Assembly (NCBI GenBank): GCA_964577805.1
Contig: CAZOAG010000003.1
Coordinates: forward strand, 41,231 to 105,230
Length of the DNA: 64,000 nucleotides
Direction of reading: 5' to 3'
Origin: an uncultured Opitutales bacterium
GTDB lineage: Bacteria; Verrucomicrobiota; Verrucomicrobiia; Opitutales; JAIRKQ01
The translations under genes were made by a program, and so were the position numbers. The notes beneath the pieces are model-generated. The model did not search any database and was not told the origin of the DNA. It worked only from the letters and a program-made list of their open reading frames with translations. This document shows, in pieces, positions 59,243 to 64,000 of this stretch (position 1 is its first letter; every line of letters starts with the position of its first letter).

Positions 59243-62185
59243 TTATATTTGGTCATCATTCAACCATCTAAACAGAATCACATTAAACCGCCTACCAAAA
59301 CGATCATTGACCTCTGACAGATCATCTGCATTATCATTGCTACTATTTGCTATATGATCAATAAATTCTGGCATACGTTGAACAATTGCTTCACAATAAA
59401 CATGCGCCTTTATATTTCCATGTCCATCTACACTATCACCATAACATCGCACTAAAAATGTATCCCCACGCAATGTCATAAAATGCGAAATCGACTGTAT
59501 AATGTCGGCTTGTTCTACGAAACAAGGCAATCCTTCCTCAAGAAATCCACTTGCACTGTTATCATCATAATTCAATAATTTTTTATCACAATCAATGTAA
59601 TGATATTCTCTGCGCTCATATGACATATCGTCCAATACATCTTGGAGAATTCCATGTCTAGCACATACAACATCATCATCTGATATTTCACGATTAATAA
59701 AATTCGACATACTCAAATATGGCACATGACGACTGACCAATCTATCAACAATCCCATGTGACAAATTATTGATATCGTTTTCATTGAAATCACACCATAC
59801 GTAATCCCAATTCCTCCTATAAAACCTAGGAAAAATCACATTGCCATATATGTTCTTTACTGCTGATATAGCAGATGACCACACGTCCTGATTACATGTG
59901 TGGAGATTGAACGGGCCATTAATCATTAAGTATGACGACAAATCTGTTCTATCATTGCACGACGGCATATCTAACAAATAAAACCGTTTGTTTACTAAAA
60001 AATCCAAACTTTCATCAATTGATATATCTCCTATTCGCGTCGATAAGAAATATGTGTCGAACAATGCTTCATTCAAATAATAGCTATAATCGCACAATGA
60101 TTCTACTTTAACATGCGATGGCCACAATGGTGATAGCTCCGGGCTGAGGTATAATAGATCATTTGTTGGAACCATTGGATGTGCACGAGAATTTCCAATG
60201 ACAGTGTTAAAAAAATAACCAAATGGCAAAATATTAGCATGTCGCAAATATCCAACATTCAAAACATTTGACGAGGACAATGGTAAGTCATATAGTATTA
60301 AACCATCAAGATAATTCATCTGCACAATATCTAAAGATGATGTACCATCGAACTTTTTAATAGTTGACGACCAGTTCCAATTACCTGTATGTAAATTATT
60401 TCCACCAAATGGAACACTATAACGCTGACAAAATGCACGATTAACATATGGGGCTCGTGGATTTCCATTTGCTAACCAACGAATCCCCTGCGGACCGTTT
60501 GTGTCTTCAACTATACCATATTTCAGTCGCGATTGCCAAGCTAATGCCATGATACCTTCTGTTGAAATGTGCATTACATCACTTTTGAGCGTTCCATTAA
60601 GGCTTGGATCAATTTCAGCAATTTCTTGTAAAATTTTATCTATATCAAAATGTGTCAGTCGCCAATAAAAACAATTCCATCCAAGATTTTGCATGCCATT
60701 TGCATTCGTACATAGTACTTGACACTCACTATTTTCATCCGCTTGTGCATCCGTATTCAACAACAAACAACAACTATTTGAGGCATTCCCTTCATACAAA
60801 TTTACGACATCTGTTGTCCAATCAACATCTTCACCGAGAGAAAATATTTTTACTGTTCCTGCTGGAAAATTTCCTGAAAACTTAAATCTCGCTATTGAAG
60901 ACAAATCATCATCTAGATTTTGTATCGGCAATTCGCGTTTCTCAATAGTTTTTGCAACAACCGTAAAATATGGCTTATGCACGCTATTCTTAGGAATACA
61001 AAAATCTAAAATATAGTTCGTCATTCCGAAATCACAATTATATGGGTTCCACATGACAATTTTCGGTGATGCAGCGACAACAACTTTACCATCCACAAGC
61101 CGCATACCAATATTCATTAGTATCTGTACAATTACTGGGCTACATCCATGTTCACGTAAAACACGCAAATCATTATGTGAAGGATTTGAAATATAATCCA
61201 CACCGAATTGCGGACGAAAAATCGGGTATGGCGGAATAACTTGCATATCATTTTTATTACGACCATCAGCAATTGTAATAAATGATAACAAGCTGTCCCA
61301 ATCTGGGATATACGCCAATGCTTGATTATCAACTTCAAATATTTTGCGATCAATATATTCTGACGGTTTATCATGCGCTATCGCTGATAAATCTTTTTTA
61401 AGACCACCATTTTTAACATCTGACAAAACGCCATATGAATGTAATGTAATTTTATCCTTATTCGATAAAATCATTGGCCATAAATCCGGCATAAGATATT
61501 TTATTTGTTCTAAAAAATCAACATTGTACAATTCACCATTTTGTACCAAAGAATCGCATTGTCTGAAAAAAATAGATGTATCGAATGTTTGCGGACATAT
61601 TGTTTTTACAGTCTTCGCTGTTGTATCAAATGATTTTTTGTAATGATCTATCAATCGGACATTCGCCTTCATGCTTTCATCAGAAATATGATAACCGTAA
61701 TGCCCAACTTTAATATCATCATGAATAATAGGTCGCGCATGAACATAAACATCTTCATTATTGACAGATGATGATATTCGTACAGATGGCTCCATGACAT
61801 CTTGACATACAGAATCTATTTGATGTGAATTTTTATCAGATGACAACCATCCAAAGAACATCGGATTTTTTTCATTAGATCGTGTTGCCCATGCGCCAAT
61901 TGTAGATGATCTACGTGGATTGACATCACATATCATATTGGCCGGCGCTGTCACAGCACAATCATTTCCTAATGATTCTTGCAACTGCCCGATTGCAGAA
62001 TACAATCCAAATAGAGCATGACAACGCGCATTTTCTTCATGCTGTTCATGTTGCAATCGCGTAATTTTTATGGTATCGACCGCCAACATACTCATCAATC
62101 CAGCACCACAAAGAAATAACATTAATATCACCCATATCAATGCAAACCCACGCGTAGAAGATATTTTATGCCCCATCATATACAT
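59243..62185 (-). CDS. 980-aa protein with a GspK-like pseudopilin N terminus (possibly Verru_Chthon cassette protein A-like)
   Basis: The N terminus STRGFALIWVILMLFLCGAGLMSML resembles minor pseudopilin GspK heads (RG-x-AL-hydrophobic, no Glu5). It is followed by a helix ARCHALFGLYSAIGQLQ. The remaining ~900 aa have no motif I recognise. Confidence 0.6.
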   Translation of the reverse strand: MYMMGHKISSTRGFALIWVILMLFLCGAGLMSMLAVDTIKITRLQHEQHEENARCHALFGLYSAIGQLQESLGNDCAVTAPANMICDVNPRRSSTIGAWATRSNEKNPMFFGWLSSDKNSHQIDSVCQDVMEPSVRISSSVNNEDVYVHARPIIHDDIKVGHYGYHISDESMKANVRLIDHYKKSFDTTAKTVKTICPQTFDTSIFFRQCDSLVQNGELYNVDFLEQIKYLMPDLWPMILSNKDKITLHSYGVLSDVKNGGLKKDLSAIAHDKPSEYIDRKIFEVDNQALAYIPDWDSLLSFITIADGRNKNDMQVIPPYPIFRPQFGVDYISNPSHNDLRVLREHGCSPVIVQILMNIGMRLVDGKVVVAASPKIVMWNPYNCDFGMTNYILDFCIPKNSVHKPYFTVVAKTIEKRELPIQNLDDDLSSIARFKFSGNFPAGTVKIFSLGEDVDWTTDVVNLYEGNASNSCCLLLNTDAQADENSECQVLCTNANGMQNLGWNCFYWRLTHFDIDKILQEIAEIDPSLNGTLKSDVMHISTEGIMALAWQSRLKYGIVEDTNGPQGIRWLANGNPRAPYVNRAFCQRYSVPFGGNNLHTGNWNWSSTIKKFDGTSSLDIVQMNYLDGLILYDLPLSSSNVLNVGYLRHANILPFGYFFNTVIGNSRAHPMVPTNDLLYLSPELSPLWPSHVKVESLCDYSYYLNEALFDTYFLSTRIGDISIDESLDFLVNKRFYLLDMPSCNDRTDLSSYLMINGPFNLHTCNQDVWSSAISAVKNIYGNVIFPRFYRRNWDYVWCDFNENDINNLSHGIVDRLVSRHVPYLSMSNFINREISDDDVVCARHGILQDVLDDMSYERREYHYIDCDKKLLNYDDNSASGFLEEGLPCFVEQADIIQSISHFMTLRGDTFLVRCYGDSVDGHGNIKAHVYCEAIVQRMPEFIDHIANSSNDNADDLSEVNDRFGRRFNVILFRWLNDDQI

Positions 62186-62393
62186 AAAAGGCGAAAATTT
62201 ATCCAGGATGTTCTATCTCCCAATCGCCATAAAACATTGATATCAATATTTCACAAACACTCCAACCAAAAATCATAAATTCTGCACGTAAAAATTCTGT
62301 AATAGTACAGATTCAAGTGCATTGAATACTGTTTTTTCATTGACTTGTTATATTTTTCGGAATAGCGGTGCTCCCTGTAAGAGGGGATGTACT

Positions 62394-63371
62394 ATGAGTT
62401 ATGATAATTACTGGAGTCGTCAGCAAAGAGATATGTCAGATTTTTACCAAAGACAAAATTACGACAGGATACAACAAGAAAACCGACGTCGAATGGATGA
62501 GATGCAGCGTGAGGCCGACAGGAGGCGGTATGAAGAGACGCAACGAGAAATGCAACGTCATAACGAAGAAATGCGACGACAATTTGAGGCGGAACAACGG
62601 GTAACAAATCTCATTCTTCAACAATCGCACAATACTACAAGCTATAACAGCAGCTCCTCATATTATGTTTCTTCTTCAACACTCAGGCAACGCGAAGCCA
62701 ACATAAAGTCGGCACCCGCAATGTGTAAACCATATGAGGATCGTTTGCTTGCTTTAATTGAACAGAAATATATTGAACTGAGAACAGAGCATGATAGATT
62801 CCGTGCTGAGTTTTTAGCCAAAAATCCTGGTCAGGAAATGAGATGCAGACCGTTGATGGACCGCGAAACATCTTTTCTAGGAATAACAATCAAACCAGCA
62901 GATCGTGATAAATGGTATTCCATCATTCTGGGAGAATATTTGCGATCACTACGAAACACAGATGATGGCCGTAAAATTGGGACAGGGTATTCCGGCCATG
63001 TTGATGTGTATTCTTCTGTAGATGGAAAGACGGAATATAAAATCTGTACAAAATGCAGCTCTATATATAACTGCAGTTCATGCACTGGATTGGCATATAG
63101 AACTAAATTAAGTAAATATTATGTCTTCAATGTGCGCTCCCCATTATATGAAAATGGAAGAAATAAACGAGCTCCTCTATCAAATATTGTAAATCCACAA
63201 TCTCATAATTTCACAATAGTTAATGGACAAATTGTGCGGACTCAGCCAACGTTTCAGCCGTTACCACCTCATTTGAGATGGTGGAGTTACAAACCGAATG
63301 GAAACATCAATTATGATAGCATCGATGGATTGTTTACCAATGACAAAATGAGAAAAATATACCGAGGATGA
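62394..63371 (+). CDS. hypothetical protein (Arg/Glu/Gln-rich helix, Ser-rich linker, Cys-x2-Cys pair)
   Basis: ATG at 62394 preceded by AGAGGGGA. RQQRD...RRRMDEMQREADRRRYEETQREMQRHNEEMRRQFEAEQR, then CTKCSSIYNCSSC. The 5' region has higher G+C than its surroundings. Confidence 0.5.
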   Translation: MSYDNYWSRQQRDMSDFYQRQNYDRIQQENRRRMDEMQREADRRRYEETQREMQRHNEEMRRQFEAEQRVTNLILQQSHNTTSYNSSSSYYVSSSTLRQREANIKSAPAMCKPYEDRLLALIEQKYIELRTEHDRFRAEFLAKNPGQEMRCRPLMDRETSFLGITIKPADRDKWYSIILGEYLRSLRNTDDGRKIGTGYSGHVDVYSSVDGKTEYKICTKCSSIYNCSSCTGLAYRTKLSKYYVFNVRSPLYENGRNKRAPLSNIVNPQSHNFTIVNGQIVRTQPTFQPLPPHLRWWSYKPNGNINYDSIDGLFTNDKMRKIYRG

Positions 63372-63389
63372 GACAACACAGTTTCATTT

Positions 63390-64000
63390 TCAAATATTCC
63401 GTGCTATAGAGCATTCAATATCGTATGCAGCACGAAATACTTCTTTTAAACTGCTGATCAGCGTACTCATCTGGCGAAGTGCTTGTTCTGCAGATTGGTC
63501 GATGTTGCTTACCAACTGACCAGAAAAATTTCGGAATGCATCGGTCAGTTGTGCCTCGGCACGCAAAAATGCTGCATCTTTCGCAGCATATGCGGCCCCT
63601 ATCTGAAAACCACCTGCTGCAACTTGACCAATAACACCAGCACTCTGCAACATATTGGCTTTTGTACGCAGAGACGACGCTTTTTCTCGGTATTTTTCCG
63701 CTTTTCGTACGAAAGCTTCTTTGTCAACATCTATCATTTTGCCATTATCATCAATAGTCTTTCCCCATTGCACACCGTTCTTGTCATTTTTATCTGTGAT
63801 ACCAGTCTCTCCATCTACAACGCCACCCATTTTTACAATTTTCGCCTCAATATCTGCCACTTTTTTATCGGCTGTCTGTTTATCTGCATACTGTTTTCGC
63901 AGAGAAGATTTTTCATAATCTGGCACAAAACTTTCGTTTATATCTCCATTGGCATCATAACCAAGATAGTTATTGTCTGCTTCCAAAGCTTTATTGTCTT
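63390..64000 (-). CDS. hypothetical protein, 5'-partial at the window edge (needle/filament- or translocator-like C terminus)
   Basis: The frame stays open to position 64000, so the TTG at 63986 is probably internal. Gly/Ala hydrophobic segment GVIGQVAAGGFQIGAAYAA, then an amphipathic helix ending in DIECSIARNI. Confidence 0.5.
   Translation of the reverse strand, partial: DNKALEADNNYLGYDANGDINESFVPDYEKSSLRKQYADKQTADKKVADIEAKIVKMGGVVDGETGITDKNDKNGVQWGKTIDDNGKMIDVDKEAFVRKAEKYREKASSLRTKANMLQSAGVIGQVAAGGFQIGAAYAAKDAAFLRAEAQLTDAFRNFSGQLVSNIDQSAEQALRQMSTLISSLKEVFRAAYDIECSIARNI

Noticed and set aside
62392-63085. Several 60-84-aa minus- and plus-strand ORFs overlapping the 62394-63371 gene.
   Set aside because: They overlap a longer ORF that has a strong Shine-Dalgarno sequence. 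They appear to be by-products of the locally G+C-rich, stop-poor charged-helix coding region.
1-64000. Considered an alternative genetic code (TGA as sense), and looked for CRISPR arrays, rRNA operons, IS elements, prophage genes and toxin-antitoxin pairs.
   Set aside because: Conserved genes end cleanly at TGA, TAA or TAG in the standard code; for example the M20 peptidase stops at TGA. I saw no repeat-spacer arrays, rRNA-like segments, transposase or integrase motifs, or small paired ORFs of TA type.

Overview
This is an AT-rich bacterial chromosome segment, roughly one-third G+C by eye, tightly packed with about 55 genes in the standard genetic code. Several genes appear to use GTG or TTG starts.

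Most of the window is single-copy housekeeping:
- frr-pyrH, tig, an ABC-F ATPase, murJ-rsmD, and yajC-secDF-recJ
- dprA, dus-folD, glgA, radC, and clpX
- the bamA-dnaB-rplI-ssb-rpsF-pth-rplY string
- clpC, ppdK, mnmE-infA, tsaD, rpsB-tsf, a CoA-transferase, and transaldolase
- one tRNA-Asp(GTC)

I saw no rRNA, CRISPR array, transposase, integrase or phage genes.

The gene content includes a fused SecDF, ClpC, PPDK, GlgA, a lone GspE ATPase, a 980-aa protein with a GspK-like pseudopilin head, a CesT-like chaperone and a 20-residue-LRR protein. This suggests a host-associated, probably reduced-genome Gram-negative, perhaps from the PVC superphylum. That assignment is a low-confidence inference.

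Three things deserve a second look:
1. A 3-kb glycan-modification islet sits beside tRNA-Asp and holds two FkbM-type methyltransferases and an acyltransferase.
   - Every gene in it is interrupted at a homopolymer.
   - One interruption is a G8 tract that separates a signal-anchor from its catalytic domain, which looks like a phase switch.
   - A 93-bp terminator/promoter module is duplicated around one gene, and its hairpin loop is exactly inverted between the two copies.
2. Type III secretion-style cargo is scattered through the window with no apparatus genes nearby.
   - There is a chaperone plus small-substrate pair.
   - There is a YopM/IpaH-class LRR protein.
   - There is a partial ORF at the right edge with a needle/filament-like C terminus.
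3. Several orphan proteins lack recognisable domains.
   - These include the giant pseudopilin-headed protein and a membrane protein with a bilobed hydrophobic domain.

All functional calls rest on motifs I recognise by eye. No searches were run.
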